DNA of 64,000 nt from Candidatus Kutchimonas denitrificans (GTDB taxonomy: Bacteria; Gemmatimonadota; Gemmatimonadetes; Palauibacterales; KS3-K002): positions 17,685 through 81,684 of the forward strand of contig JAACAK010000002.1 in the NCBI GenBank assembly GCA_011774835.1, written 5' to 3'. Shown one piece after another: positions 56,601 through 64,000 of the stretch; within the stretch, counting starts at the first letter, position 1, and the number at the start of each line of letters is the position of its first letter. A program made the position numbers and the translations under genes. The notes beneath the pieces were generated by a model. It saw nothing but the letters and a program-made list of their open reading frames with translations. It ran no database searches and had not been told where the DNA came from.

Positions 56601-56821
56601 GACACCTCGTCGCCGGGCTCGCCCTCGCTCAGGCGGAAGCGCAACCCCTCCAACGTGTCGGCCTGCACTTCGGTGAAAGGGGTGCCATCGGACGCTTCGG
56701 CCGTGCCGAACCGCGAGGTGACCATGGCCGCGCCCTGGTAGACGAGCAGCAGAGCAGCCACCAGTAGGGCGCTGACGAAGAGCAGATCGACGAAAATCCG
56801 GGAGCCAGGACGCTCTTTCAT
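50621..56821 (-). CDS. alpha-2-macroglobulin family protein (bacterial A2M, thioester-containing), N-terminally membrane anchored
   Basis: 2066 aa. N-terminal TM helix, repeated MG domains, PDNLTRYRVIAVA (A2M domain), thioester motif YPYACAEQ (CAEQ at 52106..52117), and a C-terminal receptor-binding-like domain. Confidence 0.9.
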   Translation of the reverse strand: MKERPGSRIFVDLLFVSALLVAALLLVYQGAAMVTSRFGTAEASDGTPFTEVQADTLEGLRFRLSEGEPGDEVSVIPRPETEALSDARVADLLTTLPPLPPEDEAGRPVALTDEIPPPPRTGRTVRGQFPPEEELSRPGPTEIGPVEVVRYAPEGAVERARELAITFNHPMVPVTSHEILSARQVPVRLRPRPEGRWRWVGTRTLVFEVDEGFPMATLYRAELRAGVESASGAELSEPLRWSFRTPPPGLVHSHPRRGPVGLEPIIFLAFDQRIDADAVLSRLVVSAGSGPLPTRRATAAEIEADDAVKRLTEATPEGRWLAARIVDPLPVNSAVQVRIPPGTPSAEGPLTTDTAQAFDFRTYGPLRVVRAQCHGNCEPGTAWRIEFSNPLDAESIDSSMVSVEPRLPNLRVAASYRVLSISGRSRPRTRYRVTLKPGIRDWFGQSLDHESTLTINVGPYPKVLNAAGGNLVVLDPAAPRELTVQSVNHPTLRVRLYRVEPRHWSDFLNSARYRWRADPPGPPGRLVHDQEVVIDAGPDEIAATRIDLGPALDDGLGHVIVDVEPGEPPLDGRRPQRILKWVQATRLGLSVVRDHRSVIAWVTSLEGAAPISGAEVRFVDGAVRRRTDEMGLAALPQPGRNRIAATLVLVARRGDDVAFLPAGRWVMAAPDDRHVIHAFTDRPLYRPGETVHFKGWVRKIGGGPRGDLSLPSSRWDEIEYQAVDPRGNDVARGSVNLNDLFGFDGAFPLPGDVALGPVRIELRRAGIPAERAAIHRVHFQVQEFRRPEYEVSVTHDGGPHFVGGAALVTARATYFAGGGLPGSDVNWRVTSRPASYSPPGWDEFTFGRTRLWPFFEPYRSDRDDVRVEEFDGRTNVDGEHHLRVEFLEAVPPVAMSLQAVATVQDVNRQTWTESTDLLVHPGGLYVGLRSARRFVRVGQALVLEAVAVTPEGEPVAGRELELTAVQTRWSWRRGTWVSEEGEPQACQVVSETEPVRCEFRARRGGAYRISATVRDDQGRPSLTELTVWAAGGAGRTGPDRGIQLIADRDEYQPGDTAEILVQSPYDPAEGIVTLRREGLVRTERFRVDGTTHVLRVPILEEYIPNLHVNVELIAAAPAEPSGKLPPDPNLAASQQLDLEIPPLARVLRLTAVPRQRQLKPGGETVIDLRLLDAAGTAIENADVAVAVIDEAVLALLPRELQNPVETFYPARGDGVTDYQMRGFVLLGPRVDTTATGSAALRGTVRDAQTGRTLEGVQVYLAGTRRGTLSGADGGYVLSDIQPGVYTVVAEYLGFGQALERLALEAGTTIEVDFALAPDALALEEMRVAEPAMAMEAAAAPADRAAAPEIRLRADFAALAVFAGSVRTDDQGRASVPVRLPDNLTRYRVIAVAAGGPKRFGKGESTITASLPLMARPSPPRFLNFGDKLELPVLIQNRESAPVSVDVAVRAANLTLTGEFGQRVEVPGQSRVEVRFPARTVRPGTAHLQVAAATAEHGDAAEMSLPVWTPATTEAFATYGEVDQGAVVIPVEAPRDVIDEYGGLEITTSSTALQALTDALLYLTSYPYACAEQIASRIIAIAALRDVLGAFEAEGLPEPEVLVAAVERDIKRLASMQNGDGGFSFWGVPGQASWPYVSIHVTHALVRAREKGFTVPEELLGRAQRYLNDIEDRIPARYSMRTRRALQAYALYTLALTGGADVAKARAIVSDGGLQTLPLEAAGWLLSVLADAPLEYRDDAAALRRFLGNRASETAATAQFTTDYGGEDYLLLYSRRRVDAVILDALIADQPESDLIPKLVRGLLAHRTRGRWGNTQENSFVLLALDRYFATYERTPPNFIARLWLGDDYAGGHEFRGRTTERHQIEVPMAWLTASEDTNPLILGKDGPGRLYYRVGMRYAPSDLLLDAAEHGFGVERVYEAVDDPDDVTRDDRGNWVIRAGARVRVKLSMAAPARRYHVALVDPLPAAFEALNPDLAGQQTQDAEVTPGVSFGAGWYYWWRWYEHQNLRDERAEVFTSLLPAGVYTYSYLARATTPGSFMVPPPRAEEMYHPETFGRGPSERVIVPE

Positions 56822-57012
56822 CTCTGTCGGGTGGTCGGGTCGGTCATGGTTACAGCGGCCTCGGCGGCGGCTGCGCGGCCCGCGACCCGGCGGCAGGCCG
56901 CCGTCTCGTGCAGGTTAAGATAACGACGCGTGCCCGATTCGGCCCGGGGCGGCCCTCGTCGGCGCCCCGAGCGTCGATCGAGCCGAAAGACAGGCGCCAT
57001 CGACCGGCGAAC

Positions 57013-60000
57013 TCAACCCACCGCCCGGGTCACGCCAGGCCGGGTGAAGTGGAACTCGAGTCGCGTATCGCCCGCCAGCGCTCGCGCCGCCCGCAAGTAC
57101 AGAAGGGCCTGCAGCGAATAACTCGAGGCGGTGGCATCGGCCTCGTCCGCACCGATATCGTGCGTCTTGAAATCGATGATCCAATTGCACTCCGGGTCGG
57201 GCCGGAAGAGATCGAACGCCCCCACGTGCCATTTCTCGACGTCGATCAGATGGACGAACGGCAGCTCGCGATAGTGGCGCCCCTGCGTGTACCAGCGCCA
57301 CTCGTCGCTGTTCACCACCCCCTCGATCTCCCTCTCGATGTCGGCACGCAGTTCGCTGCCGCGCCGCAGCCGTTCCTCGAGCTCCGGAGACTCCAGCGCC
57401 CCGATCGTCACATCCAGCAGCTCGTCCAGCTCTTCCAGCTCCTGGATGAACTGCAGCACGTCGTGAACGATGCTGCCCCGTAGCCAGGCGGGCAGACCGC
57501 CTTTACGCGCCCGCTGCGTGAAGTAACGGTACGGCACCAGGCCCAGCACATAGCGCTCCCTCCACTCGCGGCGGCTCCGGGCCCGGGTCATCAACTCGGT
57601 GGCCGACCGCATGGTCCGCAGGCGGCGCTGGCGCAGCGGGGCGGCCAGCGGCGGCAGCGACCCGGCTTCCCGAACCGCTTCGATCCAGGTCAGCTCCGGG
57701 ACACACCGGGGCGCCGCCGGCTCGACCGGAGGCACCGCCGCGGACACGTGGACATCATCGTCGAGGCCCGCCGCCAGCCAGCGGGCGTGCCAGTTGAGAC
57801 TCCCTTCCGTTTGTCCGGCGATCACCAGCCGGTCGCGGGCGCGCGTCGTTGCCACGTACAGCAGTCGCGCCTTTTCCGCCGCCTGCTCGGCCGCTGCGCG
57901 GGCCAGCATCTCGTCCGCCCGGGGCCCCTGGTTGCCGCTCGAGGGACAGATGATCGGTCCCAATTCACGGTCGCTCCAGAACGTGTTCCACAGCCTGTGC
58001 GCCTCGTTGCTCTCCTGCGTGTCGATCAGGAAGACCACCGGCCACTCGAGCCCCTTGGCGGCGTGGATCGTGCTCAGCGTGACCACGTCGTCCTTCTTGC
58101 TGTAGAGCGGAGCTTGCGGGATCCCCAGATCCTGGGCTTCCCAACGGTTCCAGAGCTCGAGAAACGAGCTCAGCGTGTGCTCCCGATAGCCGGCGAGGAT
58201 GTGGGCGAACCGCTGTACGTTGGCCAGCTTCGACGCGGGCTGCTCCATCAGCTCCAGGTGCGCCCGATAGCCGGTCCGCTCGAGGAGCTCTTCCAGCAGG
58301 CGATCGAGGGGCCAGCGCGAGCGAAGCGGCGCGAGCTCCCGGAGGGCGCGCAGTCCGCGATCCAGCGCATCGCGCTCGATCGCCACGATCTCCGGATGCT
58401 CGGGGGCCTCGAACCAGTCGTCACGCTGCAGATAGTCCCGGGCCAGCTTCCAGAACGGCCGCCAACCGCGTGGCCCTTCCAGCTTGATTCGCGTCAGCAC
58501 CTCGTCGCGCAGCCCGACGAAAGGCGAGCGGAGGAAGGCGAAGACCTTTAGATCGTCGTTCAGGTTGTCCAGGGCCCGAAGCGCGTTGACGACGTCCATG
58601 ATCTCCAGACGGTCGTTCATGCCGGCCTCGCCGGTCAGGTAGTAGGGTACGCCGTAAGCCCACAGCGCTTCCTCGTAGGGGCCCAAGACTTTTCGCGAGT
58701 AGGACAGGACCGCCACGTCGCTGTACCGACAGGGGCGCGGGCCGCCGTCATCGCCGAAGATCTCCACGCCGGCCCGACTGCCATCGCCGGCCGGGTCGAC
58801 CATCTCGCGGAGGCGCGCGGCGATGCGACGTGCCTCAGCCTCCCGGCGTTCCGGAGCCTTCACCGCCATCGGTTCGCCGTCTTTCTTCTTCCGTGTCGGG
58901 CTCGATGACGACACCTTCAGCCATTCCACCGCGCCCGGATCCCCCTCTCGCTGCGGCACGAGGTCCGCGTACTCGACGCGTGCCGCCTCGGGTTGAGCTT
59001 CCAGCTTCGGGTCGTTCATCGCCGGCCGGCTCACCCGGTTGACGAAATCGACCACCGGACGGGTGCTGCGGAAATTCCGGGTGAGTCGAAGCGGCTCTTC
59101 AGCGTCGCAGATCTTCGCCCGCGCATCGTTCCATACCGACACGTCGGCGCCGCGGAAACGATAGATGCTCTGCTTCGGATCGCCGACCAGGAAGAGCTGT
59201 GGCGGCTCGGGCCCGTCGCGCGGCGCGGCAGTCGCGTCCAGGCCCGCGATGGCGAACGCGATGTCGCGCTGCGCGAAATCGGTGTCCTGAAACTCGTCGA
59301 TGACGATCAGCCGATAGCGTTGCCTCAGACTGGCCAGGGCGGGTCCAGCCCGCTGGGGGCCCAGCAGCCGATCTCGGGTCAGCAATATAAGGCTGTCGAA
59401 ATCGAGGGCGTTTTCGTCGGCCAGCCGCCGCTCCCAACGATCCAGCGCCATGCGGGCGAGCCGACATGCGGCGTCGGTCTGATCGAAGGCTTCATCGTCC
59501 AGCTCGTTCCAGCCGCCTGAGGCCCGGGCCAGCGCCTCGGGGTCGAGGGCGCCATCGCGGCTCCAGCTCTCGTAGCGCCGGCGGTGCCAGCGCAGATCGC
59601 GAAGCGCGGCCCGCACGAAGTCGGTGGCGCCGCTGGTGTGGGTATAGCCCCTGAAGTGGCGATCTTTGACCAGGCGAGCCGTGCCCTGATCGTCCATGTC
59701 GAGACGCTCGATGATCAGCTGGCTCACCAGCTCGTCCAGCTCGAGCTGGGCCTCGATCTCGTCCATCACCCGGAACGAAGGATCGAGGCCGAGCCGCAGG
59801 GCGTGCTCCCGGAGCAGGTCGGCGCAGAAGGAGTGGATCGTGCCGATGGAAGCGCGATCGATGCGCCAGCGCAGCGAATCGCGGCGGTCGTCGTCTTCCA
59901 GCGCTTCGATCCGCTGACGCAGCTTCCGCTTCAGATCGTAGGCCGCCTTCTCGGTGAAGGTGATCGCGGCGATCTCATCGATTTCACACGGGTCCGGATG

Positions 60001-60177
60001 CTTCGGGATCTCCTGGCCATCTTCGTCGCGGCCGACGGGCAGCCCCAGGCGCCACAAGACCTTCCCAATCACCGTGGTGGTCTTGCCGGTGCCGGCGTTC
60101 GCCTCCAGCAGGGCGTGCTCCGGGGCGCTGATGGCGCGCGCCTGCTCGAGGGTCCAGGCGAGCTCAGGCGCCGACAT
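57013..60177 (-). CDS. addA: AddA-type UvrD/PcrA-family helicase-nuclease
   Basis: Start MSAPELAWTLEQ at ATG 60177, preceded by GGGAGGG. Walker A EANAGTGKTTT, UvrD helicase motifs, and a C-terminal PD-(D/E)XK nuclease (WIIDFKT). Confidence 0.85.
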   Translation of the reverse strand: MSAPELAWTLEQARAISAPEHALLEANAGTGKTTTVIGKVLWRLGLPVGRDEDGQEIPKHPDPCEIDEIAAITFTEKAAYDLKRKLRQRIEALEDDDRRDSLRWRIDRASIGTIHSFCADLLREHALRLGLDPSFRVMDEIEAQLELDELVSQLIIERLDMDDQGTARLVKDRHFRGYTHTSGATDFVRAALRDLRWHRRRYESWSRDGALDPEALARASGGWNELDDEAFDQTDAACRLARMALDRWERRLADENALDFDSLILLTRDRLLGPQRAGPALASLRQRYRLIVIDEFQDTDFAQRDIAFAIAGLDATAAPRDGPEPPQLFLVGDPKQSIYRFRGADVSVWNDARAKICDAEEPLRLTRNFRSTRPVVDFVNRVSRPAMNDPKLEAQPEAARVEYADLVPQREGDPGAVEWLKVSSSSPTRKKKDGEPMAVKAPERREAEARRIAARLREMVDPAGDGSRAGVEIFGDDGGPRPCRYSDVAVLSYSRKVLGPYEEALWAYGVPYYLTGEAGMNDRLEIMDVVNALRALDNLNDDLKVFAFLRSPFVGLRDEVLTRIKLEGPRGWRPFWKLARDYLQRDDWFEAPEHPEIVAIERDALDRGLRALRELAPLRSRWPLDRLLEELLERTGYRAHLELMEQPASKLANVQRFAHILAGYREHTLSSFLELWNRWEAQDLGIPQAPLYSKKDDVVTLSTIHAAKGLEWPVVFLIDTQESNEAHRLWNTFWSDRELGPIICPSSGNQGPRADEMLARAAAEQAAEKARLLYVATTRARDRLVIAGQTEGSLNWHARWLAAGLDDDVHVSAAVPPVEPAAPRCVPELTWIEAVREAGSLPPLAAPLRQRRLRTMRSATELMTRARSRREWRERYVLGLVPYRYFTQRARKGGLPAWLRGSIVHDVLQFIQELEELDELLDVTIGALESPELEERLRRGSELRADIEREIEGVVNSDEWRWYTQGRHYRELPFVHLIDVEKWHVGAFDLFRPDPECNWIIDFKTHDIGADEADATASSYSLQALLYLRAARALAGDTRLEFHFTRPGVTRAVG

Positions 60178-63100
60178 CGAACCGCCCTCCCTTCTCGTAG
60201 CCCGCGTTCGAGCGTCGGACCTCGAGCCCCGGCTCCCACCACGCCCAGTCGCCGGCGGATTTGGCACGCTTCAGCTCGAACCGGCCGGCACGAACCCGTT
60301 CGGGGATGGTGAGGGCGATGGCCAGGGCGCGCTCGAAATCCTCGCTTCCCCACTCGACTACGCTCTTGTCCCTGGCCCGGCCATTCTTCTTCAAGGTGCG
60401 GTAGCGACCGCGGCGGACGTCCGCCCCGGCGGCCCCCACCCGCTCCCGTGCCTCCTGCATTACCGCCATCTCGGACAGCGCTTTCATATAGAGCGGGGTC
60501 TGCACCGCCACGCCGTCGGCGTAGCCTTTGGTGCCCGGCACGTTCCCGCTCTTGTAGTCGAGTATCGAGCAGACCGCCGTGTCATCGTCCAGTTCCAGGT
60601 CGACCCGATCGATGCGGCCCCGCACCGAGATGGTCCGCTCCATACCGGCGACGTCGCGGCCACGGATCGCCAACACCTCATCGGAACCGAAGGAGAGTTC
60701 GCAGCGGAACGGACGTTCACCGGTCTCCGCCATCTGCTCGAGCTCGATGCGGAGATAGTCCAGCAGCTCTTCGCGAAGCGTCTCCCGGGTAATCGCCCAG
60801 AGGGCTGCCAGCCCGACCCACTCACGTTGAGCTCCCTGGCGCTCGAGCCGTTTCTTGCAGACTCGCTCGAACGTCTCCTCGAAGACCTGCTTCGCCCGGT
60901 CGTCCAGGGACGGGGGCAGGTCGTCCAGGACGGTCTCGTAGAACGCCTGGAGCACGTCGTGAGCCACGCCGCCATAGGTCAGCCGCGTGGTCTCCTCCTC
61001 CGCCTCCTGCCGCACGCTGAGGCGAAGGACCCGGCCGACCAGAAAGAGGAAGGGCGACGAGGCGTAGCGCTCCAGCGCGCTGGCCGACCAAGCGTAGTCG
61101 GAGTCGAACCAGCGCTCGAGACGGGCCAGCACCTCGGGGTCGCGGATGGCGCCGGTCCATGGGTGGAGGGTTTCGGCCTCCACGCCCGGGCCGGGGCGAC
61201 GTCGAGTCTCGACGGCGGCGTTGAGGATGCCCTGCTTGAGCGTGAGCGGATCGACCACCTCGATCGCCGGTTGCTTCCCTTCCCGCTTCGCCTTCGCCAG
61301 CGCTTTCGCCGCCCGCTGGCGAACCTGGCCCGGGGCCAGTGGTGGATCCGGAACGAAGCGGGTGCGCGGGATCTCCTCGGTCTCATCGTGTCGGGGAACG
61401 AGCAACGAGGGGAGGAGCGGCGTGCCGCGGGAATCCGCGGTTCGGTACGTGATCACCGTGTGGGGACCGGCGGTGACCGCCTGCCAGAGCCGGCGCTCCC
61501 GGGCCAGGGCCCGGTCGGGATCCGAGAGCGGCAGGCCCAGCTCGACCAGACGGGTCCGTTCCTCGTCGGAGAAGATGCTCCCCGGCGCCCATCGTCTGGG
61601 GAACGCGCCATCGTTGGCATGGATCAGGAACGTGTGCTCGAAGGGGAAAGTCGCGGCCTCGTGGGCTTCGAGAACCTGCACACCGCTTCGGAGCGGCGTC
61701 GAGACCCCGATCTCGTTGCTCTCGAGGAAGCGACGCAACCGCGCGTACCAATCCTTCGGTCCCAACTCATCGGCCGCGTCCGCGTCCGGCCAGTCGCCCA
61801 GCATCCGGGTCAGCGCCTCGACGCCCTGCTGATCGAGGCGAACGATCTCATGGTCGAGCCCATCGGCAGCGCACAGCTCCTCGCGATAATCGAACAGGTC
61901 GCCGGATAGCAGCCTGCGGGTCTCCTCGATCCAGGCGGCGGTCGGCCGCCGCAGATCGAGCGGGCGGGCCACGTTTCGAAACGCTTCGAACCGCTCGCAA
62001 ACATCGCGCATTCGATCGGCGAAGATGCCGTCCGCGTGCAGCGGCACCCAGCCGCTGTCCTCCTTCTCCGCCCGCTCCTCCTGCCGTTCGACCTCCGCCT
62101 GCAGATCACAGAGAGAGAACAACCAGTCGTCCAGCCCTTCGGTCGCCTGCACGCAGGCGAGATGGTCGATGGGGACCCGATCGATGCCGAGCTTGAAGTA
62201 GGCGCTCTCCAGCACGGCGCGCAGCGCCGGATAGCTCCAGTTCCGGGCGGCGCCCCGGAAATAGCTCAGGACCGCCTTGAGGGCGGGCACCTCGCTGAGG
62301 CGGCTCCGCAGTCGCGCCGTGGTCGGAATACCCGCCGCCCGCAACACCCGCAGGGCGTGCCCTGAGTCCTCGCGCCCGGTACGAACGACGATGGCGATCC
62401 GCCGGGGATCCACGGCGTCCTCGACCAGAAGCGTCTTGATTCGCCCGGCCACCCACTCCAGCTCGCGTTGCCCGTCGGGTGCCGGCTGCACCACCGGCAC
62501 CGCGAGCGAATCGCCTCCGATGTGCTCCTCGTCTCCTTCGAACTCGGGCTGTTGCGTGTCCAGCTCCGGAAGCAGGTAGAGAACGACCTCGACATCCGTT
62601 TGAGCCGCCAGCGCCTCCAGCAGCTGGCCACGCGTGCGGCGCGAAACCAGCCCGTAGACGTGAAGGCGGCTGGCGCCGCGCAGCGCGACGCCGAGGCCGC
62701 CGGCCATCACACGGTCCGCCACCAGCGCGTGCACCTGGCGCGGATCGTAATAGCCCAGCTCGTCCAGCTGGCGGAGATAATCGCGATACGTCGCGACGAC
62801 CCACCCGTTACGGCGCCCCGACCAGTCATCGCTCACCACTTCTTCCGCCGTCGCTCGCAGCTCGTCGGGCGCGACGTCCTCGGGCAAGAGCTCCCCGAAC
62901 AGCGAGTCCAGCGCCTGCACGATCCCCCCTCGATCGGGATCGTCGGCCCCGTCGAGGCCGTACTCGGCCGCACGCGCCGCGCCCAGGCCACCGATCAGCG
63001 ACCGCCGACGCATGAGCCCGATGGGACGGCTCTCGAGGCCGAACAGCTCGGGGAGATCGGAAAGGAAGGCGACGGGCGGCGCCAGCCAGCCCCGCGAGCC

Positions 63101-63271
63101 GACCTCGGCCGCCGCCCGGTACAGTGCCTCCCGCTGAACCCGATGGGTCAGCCACAGATACGACGGGTAGCCCTCCGGACCGGCCGCGCCGTTCAGTTCA
63201 TCGAGGAAGCGCCGAACCAGTTCATCCCACAGTCGAGGGCTCGTCGACGCGCGTACGAGGTGGAGTGTCAA
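60164..63271 (-). CDS. addB: AddB-like helicase-nuclease subunit (PD-(D/E)XK nuclease, degenerate helicase-like N-terminal domains)
   Basis: 1035 aa with a TTG start. C-terminal nuclease motifs GRIDRVD...ILDYKSG...QTPLYMKAL. It overlaps addA by 14 nt, in the classic addB-addA order. Confidence 0.75.
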   Translation of the reverse strand: MTLHLVRASTSPRLWDELVRRFLDELNGAAGPEGYPSYLWLTHRVQREALYRAAAEVGSRGWLAPPVAFLSDLPELFGLESRPIGLMRRRSLIGGLGAARAAEYGLDGADDPDRGGIVQALDSLFGELLPEDVAPDELRATAEEVVSDDWSGRRNGWVVATYRDYLRQLDELGYYDPRQVHALVADRVMAGGLGVALRGASRLHVYGLVSRRTRGQLLEALAAQTDVEVVLYLLPELDTQQPEFEGDEEHIGGDSLAVPVVQPAPDGQRELEWVAGRIKTLLVEDAVDPRRIAIVVRTGREDSGHALRVLRAAGIPTTARLRSRLSEVPALKAVLSYFRGAARNWSYPALRAVLESAYFKLGIDRVPIDHLACVQATEGLDDWLFSLCDLQAEVERQEERAEKEDSGWVPLHADGIFADRMRDVCERFEAFRNVARPLDLRRPTAAWIEETRRLLSGDLFDYREELCAADGLDHEIVRLDQQGVEALTRMLGDWPDADAADELGPKDWYARLRRFLESNEIGVSTPLRSGVQVLEAHEAATFPFEHTFLIHANDGAFPRRWAPGSIFSDEERTRLVELGLPLSDPDRALARERRLWQAVTAGPHTVITYRTADSRGTPLLPSLLVPRHDETEEIPRTRFVPDPPLAPGQVRQRAAKALAKAKREGKQPAIEVVDPLTLKQGILNAAVETRRRPGPGVEAETLHPWTGAIRDPEVLARLERWFDSDYAWSASALERYASSPFLFLVGRVLRLSVRQEAEEETTRLTYGGVAHDVLQAFYETVLDDLPPSLDDRAKQVFEETFERVCKKRLERQGAQREWVGLAALWAITRETLREELLDYLRIELEQMAETGERPFRCELSFGSDEVLAIRGRDVAGMERTISVRGRIDRVDLELDDDTAVCSILDYKSGNVPGTKGYADGVAVQTPLYMKALSEMAVMQEARERVGAAGADVRRGRYRTLKKNGRARDKSVVEWGSEDFERALAIALTIPERVRAGRFELKRAKSAGDWAWWEPGLEVRRSNAGYEKGGRFDVGA

Positions 63272-63616
63272 GATCGCTCCGTCATGCGGCTACGGATGTG
63301 GGTCTGATTCGCGCTCGACCCAGGAGGTCGTCGAAGAAAATATGCGGACCCCGGCTGACACCGGGCGGCGGGAGGATCGCGGCGGCCGACTGGCCTGACG
63401 CCGCTCTCGATCCAAGATAAGGAGCGGGGGCTGACGTGTCTACTGCGCTACATTTTCCCGCCGCTTCCCCGTCAACGAAGCGCCCAGCCGAGCGGCCCGG
63501 TTGACGACAGAGACGGATCCAGCTTAGCCTCAGCTCGCGACACCTGTTCGACAACCAGGACCAGGAGGTGCGGGATCCGGAAGGGCCGGGGGCTGAGCGT
63601 TTCCATCGCAGGTGCG

Positions 63617-64000
63617 ATGATCTGCATGACCGTCGCCTGCCGCACCGGCGACAGCGGCGGCGGCGCGCCGGTGGAGACGGCACCGACGGTGGACGAGCTG
63701 GGGAACGCGACCTACGCCGGCATCTACGAGGAGCCCGTCACCCTCAGCGACGGCCGGTGGGAGGGCGAGCCGTTCGTGGCCGGCGGTGCGGCTCGGCCAG
63801 TGGTGAGCCTGGTGGAGGACCTGCGGATCACGGGCGACCTGAACGGCGACGGTGTGGAAGACGCCGTCGTCCTATTAATGGAGTCCTCGGGAGGCTCCGG
63901 CGGCTACGTGTACCTGGCGGCGGTAGCGCGCCGGAACGGCGCGGTCGTCAACCTGGGGACGAGCCTGGTGGGCGACCGGGTCCAGCTGCGCGACTTGCGG
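63617..64000 (+). CDS. hypothetical lipoprotein, N-terminal part (runs off the window end)
   Basis: ATG 63617 gives MICMTVACRTGDSGGG... (lipobox-like TVAC). The frame is open to the window end with G/C-rich third positions. The start is uncertain. Confidence 0.4.
   Translation, partial: MICMTVACRTGDSGGGAPVETAPTVDELGNATYAGIYEEPVTLSDGRWEGEPFVAGGAARPVVSLVEDLRITGDLNGDGVEDAVVLLMESSGGSGGYVYLAAVARRNGAVVNLGTSLVGDRVQLRDLR

Noticed and set aside
59954-61909. 651-aa plus-strand ORF across the addA/addB junction (other long plus-strand ORFs lie at 51092..52594 and 57748..58551).
   Set aside because: These are shadow ORFs antisense to addAB and the A2M gene, with no motifs.

Overview
High-GC bacterial chromosomal segment (GC judged by eye, not computed), densely coding on both strands. 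I support about 50 protein genes. I recognised no rRNA, tRNA, CRISPR array, transposase or integrase. Many long ORFs in the track are antisense shadow ORFs with R/G/P-rich translations. Several real genes start well inside the longest ORF; I re-placed those starts using Shine-Dalgarno-like GGAGG motifs and family N-termini.

Gene content (PadR plus an orphan FtsX/MacB-type duplicated permease, a DUF5117/DUF4953-like metalloprotease, a CarboxypepD_reg domain) hints at a Gemmatimonadota/Acidobacteriota-like organism. That is inference only.

Layout:
- 0.4-9.3 kb: PadR-permease pair, a translationally coupled TetR-ECF sigma pair, LytS/LytTR two-component system, prolyl oligopeptidase.
- 9.3-13.2 kb: small accessory-looking stretch with hypothetical membrane proteins, a 470 bp ORF-free gap, and a degenerate subtilase next to a tandem I9-propeptide lipoprotein.
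- 13.2-17.9 kb: ATP-dependent DNA ligase, rho, typA.
- 18.2-20.2 kb: ECF sigma operon.
- 20-31 kb: metabolic and hypothetical genes, including ETF-QO, ornithine cyclodeaminase, two tenA paralogs behind a TPP riboswitch, and an HDAC-family enzyme.
- 31.6-41.3 kb: zinc metalloprotease, RND efflux pair, ABC-2 exporter.
- 41.4-44.5 kb: cupin, orphan AmmeMemoRadiSam radical SAM enzyme, NDH-2.
- 44.8-46.8 kb: envelope thiol-redox module.
- 46.8-56.8 kb: M16 peptidase, beta-barrel-like protein, 2066-aa alpha-2-macroglobulin.
- 57-63.3 kb: addAB.

Most interesting observations:
1. A secreted peroxiredoxin is split in the ORF track by an in-frame TGA exactly at the peroxidatic-Cys position, followed by a SECIS-like hairpin. 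This is a candidate selenoprotein.
2. Two copies of a roughly 70-nt palindromic repeat bracket the adjacent ccdA-tlpA cassette.
3. A clear THI-box riboswitch lies in front of a Cys-type plus non-Cys-type tenA pair.
4. The giant membrane-anchored A2M has an extra Ig-like domain at the expected bait position.
5. A perfect 33-bp AT-rich palindrome sits in front of the RND operon.
6. The decayed subtilase/I9 locus.
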